64,000 bases of DNA from Akkermansia sp. (GTDB lineage: Bacteria; Verrucomicrobiota; Verrucomicrobiia; Verrucomicrobiales; Akkermansiaceae). Positions within the stretch are counted from its first letter, which is position 1. Every line of letters begins with the position of its first letter. The notes beneath the pieces are model-generated. The model was not told the DNA's origin and made no database searches. It was given only the letters and a program-made list of their open reading frames with translations. Of this stretch, positions 1 to 10,167 are shown piece by piece. The stretch lies in the NCBI GenBank assembly GCA_045650805.1, contig JAZRRO010000059.1, positions 1,472 through 65,471 of the forward strand. Reading direction: 5' to 3'. The position numbers were made by a program, and so were the translations under genes.

Positions 1-182
1 CGGTATTCAATCATACCGAGCTCCGCCAGACGGCGCATAGCCGCCGTGACGCTAGGTTTTTTGACCCCCAGCATCTCGGCAATGTCGCTCACCTGGGCAC
101 AGCCATTTTTATGGCACAAGTGGCCAATGGCTTCCAGGTAATCCTCTGCGCTGCTGCTCAGCCTGTGGGTGGATTCGCTCAT
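1..182 (-). CDS. DtxR/MntR-family metal-dependent transcriptional regulator, N-terminal part (runs off the window edge)
   Basis: Own translation from ATG at 182-180: MSESTHRLSSSAEDYLEAIGHLCHKNGCAQVSDIAEMLGVKKPSVTAAMRRLAELGMIEY, a DtxR-type winged-helix N-terminus. ATGA start/stop overlap with the upstream gene. Confidence 0.75.
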   Translation of the reverse strand, partial: MSESTHRLSSSAEDYLEAIGHLCHKNGCAQVSDIAEMLGVKKPSVTAAMRRLAELGMIEY

Positions 183-1399
183 GCTTTTTTGCGGAGAGTG
201 GCCACGCACTCCAGGTGCTTGGTTTGGGGGAAGAGGTCGAAGGGTTGCACTTCGATGACCTCGTATCCGGCTTTGTCGAACTCTGCCAAATCTCGAATCT
301 GGGTGGCAGGGTTGCAGGAGACGTAAACAACACGCTCCGGACCAAAGGCAAAGAGCTGGTTCAGGAAAGCCATATCGCAGCCCTTGCGGGGCGGGTCGAT
401 GACCACAGCGCTTTGTTCAGCGGGGAAATCCACCTGCTCAAAGATCGCCTCGGCGCTGGCGGCCAGGAAGCTGGCGTGGGTGATGTTGTTGGTGCGGGCG
501 TTGGCGCGTGCCCAGTCGGCGCTGGTTTCGCTGACTTCCACGCCAAGCACCTTTTCAAAGTGAGATGCGAGGGTGAGGGCGAAGAGACCGCTGCCGCAGT
601 AAGCATCCACCAGGTACTTGGCGCCACCGGCGCAAGCCTGGCGGGCAACGTAATCTGTGAAAGCCGGCAGAATGTAGGGATTGTTCTGGAAGAAATCACC
701 CGCGAGGAAGTTGAAGGTGAGGTCGCCCACGCGTTCGGTGCAGACAGCGTTGTTGTTGGTAATCACGCTGCCTTCACTTACGCGCATGAGCAGGGTAGCT
801 CCGCGCTTGTACTGGGAGGCAGCCTGTTGCACGGCCTTTCGCAGTGCAGGCAGGGCGGCATTGATGGGCTCCATGGCGATGGGGCATTGCTTTACATCGC
901 AAATTTCGCTGCGGGAGCCGGCTCGCAAGAAGCCGATGCTGCCCATGCGGGCGTCCTTGGGCTTCTGGAAGTGCGGGGTGATTTTGGAGCGGTAGTTGTA
1001 TGTCTCCGGTGAGGGAATGGCCGGCTTGACGGGAAGCTCCAACCCGGCTTGCAGGCGCAGCAGGTCTGCGACTTGGGCTGTTTTCCACTCCAGCTGGGCG
1101 GCGTAATCCAAATGCTGGTACTGGCAGCCACCGCAGTAGCCGAACACGGGGCATTGCGGCTTTACGCGGCGGGGGGAGGGTTCCAGCACTTCCACCAAAT
1201 CTGCCATGGAGCAATTTTTGTCATTGCGGTAGATGCGGGCGCGCACACGCTCGCCGGGCAGGGTGTAGGGTACGAACACAACCCAATTATCGATGCGGCC
1301 TACGCCGTCACCCATGTTGGAAAGATTATCAATGACCAGTTCTACCTCTTCGTGGTACGCGAACGGGGTAGGTACAAATTTGCGTGGGGGAGTATCCAT
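179..1399 (-). CDS. 23S rRNA (uracil-5-)-methyltransferase, RumA/RlmD family (TRAM + Fe-S + SAM methyltransferase)
   Basis: 406-aa ORF with Cys cluster CPVFGYCGGCQYQH, SAM motif VDAYCGSGLFAL and C-terminal VYVSCNPATQIRD. Confidence 0.85.
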   Translation of the reverse strand: MDTPPRKFVPTPFAYHEEVELVIDNLSNMGDGVGRIDNWVVFVPYTLPGERVRARIYRNDKNCSMADLVEVLEPSPRRVKPQCPVFGYCGGCQYQHLDYAAQLEWKTAQVADLLRLQAGLELPVKPAIPSPETYNYRSKITPHFQKPKDARMGSIGFLRAGSRSEICDVKQCPIAMEPINAALPALRKAVQQAASQYKRGATLLMRVSEGSVITNNNAVCTERVGDLTFNFLAGDFFQNNPYILPAFTDYVARQACAGGAKYLVDAYCGSGLFALTLASHFEKVLGVEVSETSADWARANARTNNITHASFLAASAEAIFEQVDFPAEQSAVVIDPPRKGCDMAFLNQLFAFGPERVVYVSCNPATQIRDLAEFDKAGYEVIEVQPFDLFPQTKHLECVATLRKKA

Positions 1400-1403
1400 A
1401 TTA

Positions 1404-2012
1404 TCAGTTGTTGCCTTCGCCTGTCAATTTGCCGTTGATATCCATAGGCAGTTTGGTGGGCAGTACGGGGGAGCGGAAGCCGTGGCGTTCTGCTCTGTTG
1501 GGGGTAAGGGCTTTTGCTTCGCCTGCGCTGGCAGCTTCTTCCGGCGGGGCATAGCGGTGCATGCGCAGCGAATTACGGCCGGGAATGCCCGATGTGTTGG
1601 GAATGGCATCCACCAACACTTCTTCCTGAGCTACCGGTTCGGGCAAGACATCGTGCGTGGTTGCGCTTGCCTCGCGGGACTTCGTTGCGAGGAGTTTAGC
1701 CGCAGCAGCCTGTTGCTCCGGTGTGGGAACGAGGTCAGAGACATCGCTGCTGCTCGTTGCGGCGGCTGTGCTTTCTTGTTGTGCTTTTTCCTTCGTTTTT
1801 CTGGGCTTAGGCTGTTCCTCGTCTTCGCCTTCGGTCGCTTCTTCCTCTGCAGATTCCTCTGCCGAAGCTTCATCTCCCGAAGTCTCATCTGTAGCCTCTT
1901 CTTCGCCGGGGACCGGAATGAAGTCCATTTGCTGGACGACTGACGAGCAGGATACCATCATCAGCCCCAACGTTGTGGCTATGCACGACCAGAAAATCTT
2001 CATGCGCGACAT
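1404..2012 (-). CDS. Acidic low-complexity lipoprotein, function unknown
   Basis: Start set at MSRMKIF (ATG 2012-2010) so it does not overlap lipA. Signal peptide with lipobox-like MMVSC, then an E/D/A/S-rich region. Confidence 0.5.
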   Translation of the reverse strand: MSRMKIFWSCIATTLGLMMVSCSSVVQQMDFIPVPGEEEATDETSGDEASAEESAEEEATEGEDEEQPKPRKTKEKAQQESTAAATSSSDVSDLVPTPEQQAAAAKLLATKSREASATTHDVLPEPVAQEEVLVDAIPNTSGIPGRNSLRMHRYAPPEEAASAGEAKALTPNRAERHGFRSPVLPTKLPMDINGKLTGEGNN

Positions 2013-2191
2013 GTTAGCACTCTTTGCCTTGGTATGCAAGCACAAACAGCCCGGCCGGGGGATTCCCCGAATACAGGTGAAAATCCGCGCATGATTCATG
2101 CGGTAAAGTGGTACAGATGGTAGGAATGTGTATGCTCTACATGTCTTTAGACTTGATTTTTCTAGAGATTTAAGGCATAACTGGTGCCGAC

Positions 2192-3115
2192 ATGTCGGAT
2201 GAGCACACACGCAAACCCTCGTGGTTAAAGGTAAAGCTGCCTAAGGGGCAGGTATTCAAGGATGTACAGAAATTGGTGAAGGGAAACTCCCTCGTAACTG
2301 TGTGTGAGGAGGCTATGTGCCCCAATCGTGGCGAATGCTGGAGCCACGGCACTGCTACATTCATGGTGTGTGGTGATGTTTGCACCCGCGCTTGTGGTTT
2401 TTGTGCCACGCGTACGGCCAAACCGAAGCCTCTTGACCCCGCAGAGCCTGCCAAGGTGGCAGATGCTGTGGCACGCATGAATCTGAACCACTCTGTGGTG
2501 ACGATGGTGACCCGCGATGACCTTGCAGATGGTGCAGCCGGCCACATTGCTGCCACGATTCGCGAGATTCGCAAGGCCAGCCCGCAGACGATTATCGAGG
2601 TGTTGACCTCTGATTTCAACGGCAAGGAGGAATCTCTGGCCAAGGTGATGGAGGCTCGCCCGCATATTTTCAACCACAATCTGGAGACGGTGGAACGCCT
2701 TTCTCCCCTGGTGCGTTTCCGCGCCAAGTACCGCGTGTCTTTGCAGATGCTGAAGCGTGCGCTTGAAATGGCTCCGGGTATGGTGGTCACCAAGAGTGGT
2801 ATCATGCTGGGGCTTGGTGAAACCCGAGATGAAATTGAGCGCACGATGGATGACCTGCGTGAGCATGGTGTGACGGTGCTGACCATGGGGCAGTACCTGC
2901 GCCCCTCTCCCCGCCATCTGCCGGTGATTGATTACATCCGCCCCGAGGTGTTCGATGAACTGCGCGAGGTGGCTTTGTCCAAGGGCTTCCGCCATGTGGC
3001 CAGTGGTCCGCTCATTCGTTCATCTCACCACGATGCCAATTTCCGCCCCGAGTTGGATATTCTGGATGCCATCAACGCAGATTTGCGTGCACGCGGCGAA
3101 ATTGCTGCTGAATAA
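2192..3115 (+). CDS. lipA: Lipoyl synthase
   Basis: 307 aa with CEEAMCPNRGECW and CTRACGFC cluster motifs typical of LipA. Confidence 0.95.
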   Translation: MSDEHTRKPSWLKVKLPKGQVFKDVQKLVKGNSLVTVCEEAMCPNRGECWSHGTATFMVCGDVCTRACGFCATRTAKPKPLDPAEPAKVADAVARMNLNHSVVTMVTRDDLADGAAGHIAATIREIRKASPQTIIEVLTSDFNGKEESLAKVMEARPHIFNHNLETVERLSPLVRFRAKYRVSLQMLKRALEMAPGMVVTKSGIMLGLGETRDEIERTMDDLREHGVTVLTMGQYLRPSPRHLPVIDYIRPEVFDELREVALSKGFRHVASGPLIRSSHHDANFRPELDILDAINADLRARGEIAAE

Positions 3116-3138
3116 AACTTTCCCACACAACATATTAT

Positions 3139-5244
3139 ATGCTGACTGACAACATAACCGATGCTGAAGCCACGCTTGAAGCCCGATATGGTTGCGATAC
3201 CTTCGGAATCAAGACGATGGAAAAGTACCTTTCCAAGAGCGCATTCAAGAAGATGATGCTCACCATCCAGAAAGGTGGCAAATTGGACATGGGTATTGCT
3301 GATGAGGTGGCTCAAGCCATGAAAGTGTGGGCTTTGTCCAAGGGTGCTACGCACTACACCCACTGGTTCCAGCCGCTGAGCGATGCTACGGCAGAAAAGC
3401 ACGATTCCTTTGTGGAGCCCGACCGCAAGGGCGGGATGATTTGCGAGTTTACCGGCAAGAATCTGATTCAGGCCGAGCCGGATGCCTCATCTTTCCCCAG
3501 CGGTGGTATTCGCGCCACGTTTGAAGCCCGTGGTTACACGGCGTGGGACCCCACATCTCCCGCATTCATCAAGCGCACGGCCAGCACGGCTACCCTGTGC
3601 ATTCCCACGGCATTCTGCTCCTATACCGGTGAGGCTCTGGACAAGAAGACGCCGCTTCTGCGCTCCATGGTTGCTGTGGCCAAGCAGACGACGCGCGTGC
3701 TGAACTGCTTTGGCATCGAGCCCAGCTGTGTGGAGACAAATCTGGGGGCAGAGCAGGAGTATTTCCTGATTGACCGCAATCTGTATCTCAAGCGCCCGGA
3801 CCTGATTGAGACCGGCCGCACGCTTTTCGGTTGCTTGCCGCCCAAGCATCAGCAGATGGAAGACCATTACTTCGGCTCCATCAAGGAACGCGTGCTGGAA
3901 TTTATGACCTCCGTGGACCACGCCCTGTGGGATTTGGGCGTGCCCTCCAAGACGCGTCACAACGAGGCTGCTCCCGGCCAGTTTGAAATCGCCCCCTTGT
4001 TCGAGGCTTGCAACGTGGCTGTAGACCACAACGTCATGATTATGGACGTGCTGGAGCGCCAGGCTCTCAAGTTCAACATGGTGTGTCTGCTGCACGAGAA
4101 GCCTTACACCTCCGTGAATGGCTCCGGTAAGCATAATAACTGGTCGCTTTCCACGCCGGAGATGGGCTCTCTCTTCTCCCCGGGCAAGACACCGCACAGC
4201 AACAAGCTCTTCCTTACCTTCCTGGCTTGCGTAATTCAGTGCATTGATAAGCATGCTGATTTGCTGCGTGCCTCCATCTCCAAGGCAGGGAATGATCACC
4301 GTCTCGGTGCGGCTGAAGCCCCGCCCGCTATCATCTCAATCTTCCTGGGTGATGAGCTGACGGACATCATCAACCAGATTAAGCATGGTGGCGCTCAGTG
4401 CTCTGCCTCCAAGACCACGATGGAATTGGGTGTGGATGTGTTGCCCGAGCTGCCCAAGGATACGGCAGACCGCAACCGTACGTCCCCGTTTGCTTTCACG
4501 GGCAATAAGTTCGAGTTCCGTGCCGTTGGCTCTTCTCAGACCTGCGCCTGGCCGATGACGGTGCTCAATACCATCATGGCTGAAGCCTTGGACGAAGTAG
4601 CTACGCTGCTGGAGCCTGTGGCCGGCACGCCCGATTTCAACAAGACCTTGCAGAACATCCTCAAGGATATGCTCACTGCGCATGACCGCGTGGTCTTCAA
4701 TGGTAATGGCTATTCCCAGGAATGGGTGGAAGAAGCTGCCCGCCGTGGCTTGCCGCATATCAAGACAACGCCCGAGGCGCTCGAAGTGCTTTCCCGCGAG
4801 GATTCCATTGCTCTGATGGAGAAGTACGGTGTGTTGTCTCGTGCTGAGCTGCTGGCTCGCAAGGAAATCCAGATGGAGAACTTTGAGAAGCTGATTGACA
4901 TTGAGGCGAAGACCTGCCTCAATATGCTTAATACGATTTACATGCCCGCTATCGCCGCGCAGATGACCGATATCTGCGGTACTGTGGCCTCCATTCAGGC
5001 TGCCGGTATTCAAGCCGGGTTGAAGGCTGCTGCCCAGCGTGCTGAAGCGATTGGCTCGTTGTATGATGAGCTTCCCGGCAAGGTGGAAGCGCTGTCTCAG
5101 GCCATTGCAGACGGAAATCCCGCTGACATGCGCGCTGCGATGGAAGCTGCTCGTGAAGTAGTGGATGCTCTGGAAGCTATTGTGGACGCCGACCTGTGGC
5201 CGGTACCCACCTATGCCCAGATGCTCAATATTCACAGCAAGTAA
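3139..5244 (+). CDS. glnN: Glutamine synthetase, type III
   Basis: 701-aa ORF; length and motifs (SFPSGGIRATFEARGYTAWD, KHNNWS) fit GSIII. Confidence 0.9.
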   Translation: MLTDNITDAEATLEARYGCDTFGIKTMEKYLSKSAFKKMMLTIQKGGKLDMGIADEVAQAMKVWALSKGATHYTHWFQPLSDATAEKHDSFVEPDRKGGMICEFTGKNLIQAEPDASSFPSGGIRATFEARGYTAWDPTSPAFIKRTASTATLCIPTAFCSYTGEALDKKTPLLRSMVAVAKQTTRVLNCFGIEPSCVETNLGAEQEYFLIDRNLYLKRPDLIETGRTLFGCLPPKHQQMEDHYFGSIKERVLEFMTSVDHALWDLGVPSKTRHNEAAPGQFEIAPLFEACNVAVDHNVMIMDVLERQALKFNMVCLLHEKPYTSVNGSGKHNNWSLSTPEMGSLFSPGKTPHSNKLFLTFLACVIQCIDKHADLLRASISKAGNDHRLGAAEAPPAIISIFLGDELTDIINQIKHGGAQCSASKTTMELGVDVLPELPKDTADRNRTSPFAFTGNKFEFRAVGSSQTCAWPMTVLNTIMAEALDEVATLLEPVAGTPDFNKTLQNILKDMLTAHDRVVFNGNGYSQEWVEEAARRGLPHIKTTPEALEVLSREDSIALMEKYGVLSRAELLARKEIQMENFEKLIDIEAKTCLNMLNTIYMPAIAAQMTDICGTVASIQAAGIQAGLKAAAQRAEAIGSLYDELPGKVEALSQAIADGNPADMRAAMEAAREVVDALEAIVDADLWPVPTYAQMLNIHSK

Positions 5245-5264
5245 GAAAAGCATACCAAAAAGTG

Positions 5265-5306
5265 GCAGCTATCTGACTGTTTTACGTCAGATAGCTGCTT
5301 TTCTTT
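5265..5306 (+). terminator. Rho-independent terminator after glnN
   Basis: 13-bp stem GCAGCTATCTGAC/GTCAGATAGCTGC with an 8-nt loop, followed by TTTTCTTTG. Confidence 0.8.
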
Positions 5307-5327
5307 GTCATAATGGCGAAATAGGGG

Positions 5328-5355
5328 TTGACGCGTTTTTTATACGTGTTAGAAT
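5328..5355 (+). promoter_or_regulatory. Sigma70-type promoter candidate for rpoD (TTGACG-N16-TAGAAT)
   Basis: Hexamers at 5328-5333 and 5350-5355. The TTG start in the ORF track at 5328 is the -35 element. Confidence 0.6.
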
Positions 5356-5429
5356 GCGCCCGCAATGTGTCGAAAAACTTGACAAATTGCGTAGTGGGTG
5401 GGGTATACCCTCAATTTTCTGTTCATATC

Positions 5430-8057
5430 ATGTCTACGCCAAAGAAAAAGCAGGATAAGAGTTCGAAAAAGTCTGTTGCTGAGGAAAAAGTAACAGAAAC
5501 TAAAACCAAAACCGCAGCTGGTAAGTCCACGGCCAAAAAGCCCGCCGCCAAGAAGCCCGAGGCTCCCGCTAAGGTAGAAGCCAAGAAGCCTACTGCCAAG
5601 AAGGCTGCCGCTCCCGTCAAGGAAGAGGCTAAGAAGCCCGCCGCGAAGAAGGCTGCTGCTCCTGCCAAGGAAGAAGCCAAAAAGCCTGCTGCCAAGAAGG
5701 CTGCCGCTCCTGCTAAGGAGGAAGCCAAGAAGCCCGCCGCGAAGAAGGCTGCCGCTCCTGCTAAGGAAGAGGTCAAGAAGCCCGCAGCGAAGAAGACTGC
5801 CGCTCCTGCTAAGGAAGAAGCCAAGAAGCCCGCCGCGAAGAAGGCTGCCGCCCCCGCCAAGGAAGAGGCTAAGAAGCCCGCCGCGAAGAAGGCTGAGACC
5901 CCCGCTAAGGAAGAAGCCAAGAAGCCCGCGGCCAAGAAGGCTGCTGCTCCTGCCAAGGAAGAGGCTAAGAAGCCCGCCGCGAAGAAGGCTGCCGCTCCTG
6001 CCAAGGAAGAGGCCAAGAAGCCCGCTGCGAAGAAGACTGCCGCTCCTGAGGATGAAGAACTTCCCCAGATTGAGGAGCCGATGGATGATGTGTTGCCCGT
6101 TGAAGAAACGAGCAGGCCCTCCAAGTCCAAGCGCAAGAATACCTTTACCGCACCCCGTGTGACCGCTAAGGATTTGCAGGATTATTTCCCGGATGATATC
6201 ACCCTGAAGAATGCTTTCAAGAATCTGCTCGCATTGGCTAAGAAGAATGGTGGCTATGTGACGGATGATGACATTTTCTCCTCTCTTCCCATGGAAGGCT
6301 ATGAGGAACAAGACACGGAGCGTCTTTTCGAGCGTTTGCATGCTCTTGGTGTGGAAGTGCGCGACGAATCCATCATCACGCCGCTTTCTTCTGCCGATTT
6401 GACCGGTGGGCGTCGCGGTGATTCTACAACCGGTAGCATTGTAGATACGCCCGGTGTGCAGGAAAAGGTGCGCGAGCTGATTGTGCTGGCCATGGACCAT
6501 GGCTATTTGACGTACGATGACATCAACGACGTGTTGCCCCGCGACATGATTAACCCCGCCGACCATGACGAAATCATGGAGCGTCTGCGTGGCATGAACT
6601 TTGATATCATCGATCCCTCCGATGTTGACAATTACACGGATCGCCAGCGCTTGGCAGTGACCGGCGATGAGGATGAGTCTGAAAAACTGGAGGCCAAGCT
6701 TGATATCCTGGATGACCCGGTGCGCATGTACCTGAAGCAGATGGGCCAGAAGGAATTGCTCAAGCGCGAGCAGGAAGTGATTCTTTCCCGCCGCATAGAC
6801 CAGGCTGAAAGCGAGCTGCAGACACGCCTGCACAAGTTTGGTGTGGTGGCCATGCTGTACTTGGAGACCGCTCAGCGCATTCTGCAGAACAAGGAACGCT
6901 TTGACCGCGTGGTGGCTGATAAGAACATCGACCACCGTGAGCAGTACTTCAAGGAGATGCAGCCCCTCATCAACAAGGTGTACGATTTGCATGATGATGC
7001 ACAGGCTGCCTACAACCAGCTGCGCAAGGCTCGCCGCCGCAAGAAGGGTGTGGAAGCCGCTGCAGAGGAATTCAACCGCCTGCTTGAGGAGCTGGATGTC
7101 CAGTACCGCCGCTTCTCCTTCAAGGGCAAGGTGTATGAGGACTTTGTTGCCAAGCTTCGCGAAATCCGCCAGCGTATCATCAAGCTGCGCCGCGTTCACG
7201 AAACCAACCCTGACAACAAGGAAAGCCAGGAGGCTTTGGCTGAGTTTGAAATGCAGCTCTGGATGCCCATTCCCGAGTTCCTGGAGAACTACAAGGCCAT
7301 GCGCGAAAGCATGAAGGAAGCCAAGGATGCCAAGAAGGAAATGATTGAGGCCAACCTGCGTCTCGTGATTTCCATTGCGAAGAAGTACACCAACCGTGGT
7401 TTGGCTTTCCTCGACCTTATCCAGGAAGGCAACATGGGCCTGATGAAGGCCGTGGAGAAGTTCGAGTACCGCCGCGGTTACAAGTTCTCTACCTATGCTA
7501 CATGGTGGATTCGCCAGGCTATCACTCGCTCCATTGCAGACCAGGCTCGTACCATTCGTATTCCTGTGCACATGATTGAGACCATCAACAAGCTGATGCG
7601 TGTGCAGAAGAAGCTGGTGCAGGACTTTGGCCGCGAACCCACGCCCGAAGAAATCTCCAACGAATGCGGCATGGCTGTGGAGCGCGTGCGCAGCGTGCTC
7701 AAGATGGCTCAGCAGCCCATCTCTATGCAGCAGCCTGTGGGTGATTCCGATGATACGTCCTTCGGTGACTTCCTGGAGGATAAGAGCGCAGAAAATCCCA
7801 TGGATGGTGCGGCGTTCAATTCCCTGCGCGAGAAGCTCTCCGGCGTTCTCAACACGCTCAACGAGCGCGAACGCGCTGTGATTGAACAGCGCTTCGGTCT
7901 CAAGGATGGTAATCCCCGCACGCTGGAAGAAGTGGGCCGCCAGTTCAACGTGACCCGCGAGCGTATCCGCCAGATTGAGGCCAAGGCGTTGCGCAAGCTG
8001 CGTCACCCAACGCGTATCGGCCAGATTAAGGGCTTCCTGGATTCGACCGTATCCTGA
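5430..8057 (+). CDS. rpoD: RNA polymerase primary sigma factor with a long N-terminal K/A/P repeat extension
   Basis: C-terminal sigma70 regions are present ([39 protein letters not shown]; [29 protein letters not shown]). Start moved to ATG 5430 (MSTPKKKQ), downstream of the promoter. Confidence 0.9.
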   Translation: MSTPKKKQDKSSKKSVAEEKVTETKTKTAAGKSTAKKPAAKKPEAPAKVEAKKPTAKKAAAPVKEEAKKPAAKKAAAPAKEEAKKPAAKKAAAPAKEEAKKPAAKKAAAPAKEEVKKPAAKKTAAPAKEEAKKPAAKKAAAPAKEEAKKPAAKKAETPAKEEAKKPAAKKAAAPAKEEAKKPAAKKAAAPAKEEAKKPAAKKTAAPEDEELPQIEEPMDDVLPVEETSRPSKSKRKNTFTAPRVTAKDLQDYFPDDITLKNAFKNLLALAKKNGGYVTDDDIFSSLPMEGYEEQDTERLFERLHALGVEVRDESIITPLSSADLTGGRRGDSTTGSIVDTPGVQEKVRELIVLAMDHGYLTYDDINDVLPRDMINPADHDEIMERLRGMNFDIIDPSDVDNYTDRQRLAVTGDEDESEKLEAKLDILDDPVRMYLKQMGQKELLKREQEVILSRRIDQAESELQTRLHKFGVVAMLYLETAQRILQNKERFDRVVADKNIDHREQYFKEMQPLINKVYDLHDDAQAAYNQLRKARRRKKGVEAAAEEFNRLLEELDVQYRRFSFKGKVYEDFVAKLREIRQRIIKLRRVHETNPDNKESQEALAEFEMQLWMPIPEFLENYKAMRESMKEAKDAKKEMIEANLRLVISIAKKYTNRGLAFLDLIQEGNMGLMKAVEKFEYRRGYKFSTYATWWIRQAITRSIADQARTIRIPVHMIETINKLMRVQKKLVQDFGREPTPEEISNECGMAVERVRSVLKMAQQPISMQQPVGDSDDTSFGDFLEDKSAENPMDGAAFNSLREKLSGVLNTLNERERAVIEQRFGLKDGNPRTLEEVGRQFNVTRERIRQIEAKALRKLRHPTRIGQIKGFLDSTVS
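5532..6059 (+). repeat. In-frame tandem repeat, 11 x 48 nt, encoding [16 protein letters not shown] units inside rpoD
   Basis: Counted directly in the translation: 6 units are identical at protein level and 5 are variants (e.g. [32 protein letters not shown]). Confidence 0.95.
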
Positions 8058-8100
8058 TGCCCTCCAAGCGGTGCCATGCGCGCCGCAGGCAAAGCTTTCC

Positions 8101-8140
8101 GGGTTGCATGTTGCAGAGCATGCAGCCCGTTTGCTTTATT
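8101..8140 (+). terminator. Rho-independent terminator after rpoD
   Basis: Stem GGGTTGCATG/CATGCAGCCC (one G-T pair) with an 8-nt loop, then GTTTGCTTTATT. Confidence 0.65.
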
Positions 8141-8169
8141 GCAAAGTGTTGCATGTGGAAAATCCCTGC

Positions 8170-8198
8170 TTGATATGCCAAGTCAGATGTGCTAGACT
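8170..8198 (+). promoter_or_regulatory. Sigma70-type promoter candidate (TTGATA-N17-TAGACT) for the hyp-gtrA-efp operon
   Basis: Hexamers at 8170-8175 and 8193-8198; TGC precedes the -10; 42-nt leader to ATG 8241. Confidence 0.6.
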
Positions 8199-8240
8199 TC
8201 GGGGCAGTACATAATATTCACCGTTTTACCCTTCATTCTC

Positions 8241-9038
8241 ATGTCAAACGCAACGGCTTTCCTGGGTGCCAGTACTATTCTTGGTCGCTATTGGACCAAG
8301 AGACGTTTTTTCGACTATCTGATTGATAAAGAGAATTTTCGTCTGACCTTTGGTCGTAGTTTCCGCATGATGGTGTATTTGGATAATGCCATTGCCAATG
8401 GGCCTGAGAATGTGCGCAAGAATGTGGAAGCAGATACGCAGGCCACGAATTATCTGATTAATCATCTGGCCGATATCAAGCCCGAGTTCACTGTTTTTGT
8501 GACAACGTGTGATATGCTGGCTGAGGATGCAGATGAAAATACGCCCACGCTGGAGCAGAGCGATGATGCATACGTGCAGAATCGCATCAACTTGTACACT
8601 GCGCTTAACCGCCAATATGGGCGCGTGCTCAATGTATACCTGCCGGAGCTTGTGTCTCCTGCATATCAGGGGTACAGCAAGTTGATGGATATCATCACGA
8701 ATCCTCCTGCCGGTAAGAAGGAACTGCCCCTGGCTCCGCTGGAAATGCACCAGCTCTATATTGCTGATCGTATCTTGGGTGATGTAGAACGCTGCATCCC
8801 GCTTGGCATTCCTGCTATCATTCCGGCCATGCCGCCGCTGACCACCATGGAAATTGTGGAAGCTCTGGCTCCCGAGTTGATGGATCGCCTCCCCGTGCAT
8901 AAGCCGGAAGACCCGCGTGGTTCTCTTCGCAAGTCTATCCACTCCTTCCAGTGGTTGGACCCCAAGGACGGTTATCTGGTGACCAAGGAAGACCAGCTGG
9001 AGTTGCTCAACTTCTATTTCGGTAAGAATCCTCTGTAA
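8241..9038 (+). CDS. Hypothetical cytoplasmic protein, 265 aa, no recognisable motif
   Basis: Clean ORF between promoter 8170 and gtrA. No signal peptide or TM segment is visible. Confidence 0.6.
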   Translation: MSNATAFLGASTILGRYWTKRRFFDYLIDKENFRLTFGRSFRMMVYLDNAIANGPENVRKNVEADTQATNYLINHLADIKPEFTVFVTTCDMLAEDADENTPTLEQSDDAYVQNRINLYTALNRQYGRVLNVYLPELVSPAYQGYSKLMDIITNPPAGKKELPLAPLEMHQLYIADRILGDVERCIPLGIPAIIPAMPPLTTMEIVEALAPELMDRLPVHKPEDPRGSLRKSIHSFQWLDPKDGYLVTKEDQLELLNFYFGKNPL

Positions 9039-9048
9039 GTCTGTGAAG

Positions 9049-9537
9049 ATGCTCTGGCAGAAGTTTGGCCCCCAGTTTATCCGCTTTTTTGTGGTGGGTG
9101 TGCTGGCTACGTTGGTGCATTGGGGCGTTTACGTTGGCCTCAATCAGCTGTTTGGCCTCGGTACGGAGGATGCCATGTGGCTGAGCGTGACGTACTCTGT
9201 CGGTTATATCGTAAGCTTTGTAGGCAACTATATTGCCTCCTTGCGCTGGACCTTCCGCACCAAAGGCAGCGTGGGGAAGGGTGCCGGTTTTGCTTTCAGC
9301 CATGCGGTGAATTACGGCATGCACCTGGCCTTGCTCAACCTTTTCCTGTATTTGGGGGTAGGGCAGTTGATGGTGCAGGGGCTCACCTGGCTTGTGCCAG
9401 CGCTGGTGCAGGCATTCCCCATCCTGTCATCTGCTGATGCGCTGTTGCCGTTGCCCGTCTTCTGCGTGGTTGTTCCCATCAATTTCCTGATGGTACGTTT
9501 CTTTTTGACGCGCGGAGACGAGAAAAAGCTTGACTAA
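9049..9537 (+). CDS. GtrA-family small integral membrane protein
   Basis: About 160 aa with 4 hydrophobic segments; N-terminus FIRFFVVGVLATLVHWGVY is typical of the GtrA family. A GTG at 9043 is an alternative start. Confidence 0.7.
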   Translation: MLWQKFGPQFIRFFVVGVLATLVHWGVYVGLNQLFGLGTEDAMWLSVTYSVGYIVSFVGNYIASLRWTFRTKGSVGKGAGFAFSHAVNYGMHLALLNLFLYLGVGQLMVQGLTWLVPALVQAFPILSSADALLPLPVFCVVVPINFLMVRFFLTRGDEKKLD

Positions 9538-9568
9538 AACAGGTTCCTCTGGTAGGCTCCGCCGCGCT

Positions 9569-10138
9569 ATGGCAAAAGTTCCCGTTATTCAGCTTCGCAA
9601 AGGTCACGCCGTGAATTACAACGGCGACATCTGTGTTGTGCGCGAAAGTCAGCTTAAGACTCCTCCCCGCATGGCTTCCTACGTGCAGATGACCATCCGC
9701 AGTATTGCTACCAAGAAGGACTACAACCTTCGTCTTACCTCCAATGACTTCCTTGAGGGCGTGATGCTCAGCCGCGAGGAAATGGAATTCTCCTATGTGG
9801 ACGGTATGGGCTACCACTTCCTGAACACGGAGACCTACGAGGACGTTTGCGTGAGCGAAGACATCGTGGAACCCGTGAAGGATTACCTCATCGAAGGTAA
9901 CACCTACATCCTCCTCTTCACCGATGAAATCGTGTGCTCCATCGAACTGCCCGCCGCTATCACCATGGAAGTGGCCGAGGCTCCCGAGGGCGTGAAGGGT
10001 AACTCCGCCAACAACGTGTACAAGAGCGCTACCATGACCACGGGTCTCGTGGTGCAGGTGCCCCTCTTCATCTCTGCCGGTCAGCGTATCTCCGTGAAGA
10101 CGGAAGATGGTACCTACCTCGGCCGCGTGAACAACTAA
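9569..10138 (+). CDS. efp: Elongation factor P (Arg at the loop tip, EfpL/YeiP-like loop)
   Basis: 189 aa from MAKVPVIQLRKG. Conserved FSYVDG and TTGLVVQVPLFI motifs. Loop is KTPPRMAS with R34 at the E. coli K34 position in a by-eye alignment. Confidence 0.9.
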   Translation: MAKVPVIQLRKGHAVNYNGDICVVRESQLKTPPRMASYVQMTIRSIATKKDYNLRLTSNDFLEGVMLSREEMEFSYVDGMGYHFLNTETYEDVCVSEDIVEPVKDYLIEGNTYILLFTDEIVCSIELPAAITMEVAEAPEGVKGNSANNVYKSATMTTGLVVQVPLFISAGQRISVKTEDGTYLGRVNN

Positions 10139-10167
10139 GAATTACCTTTTCAAAGGCTTTTATCGGG

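Noticed and set aside
5328-5429. N-terminal extensions proposed by the ORF track: rpoD from TTG 5328, secA from 13987, aroK from GTG 42974, pyrG from 58051, the GH20 gene from 54621 and others.
   Set aside because: The extensions overlap or lie upstream of well-formed promoter hexamers and add non-conserved, Cys/Arg-rich residues. Canonical N-termini or signal peptides begin at the downstream ATGs.
5349-8006. An 885-aa minus-strand ORF, plus nested ORFs at 5423-6136 and elsewhere.
   Set aside because: It is antisense to rpoD, and its repetitive [12 protein letters not shown] sequence is just the complement of the AKKPAAKK repeat.
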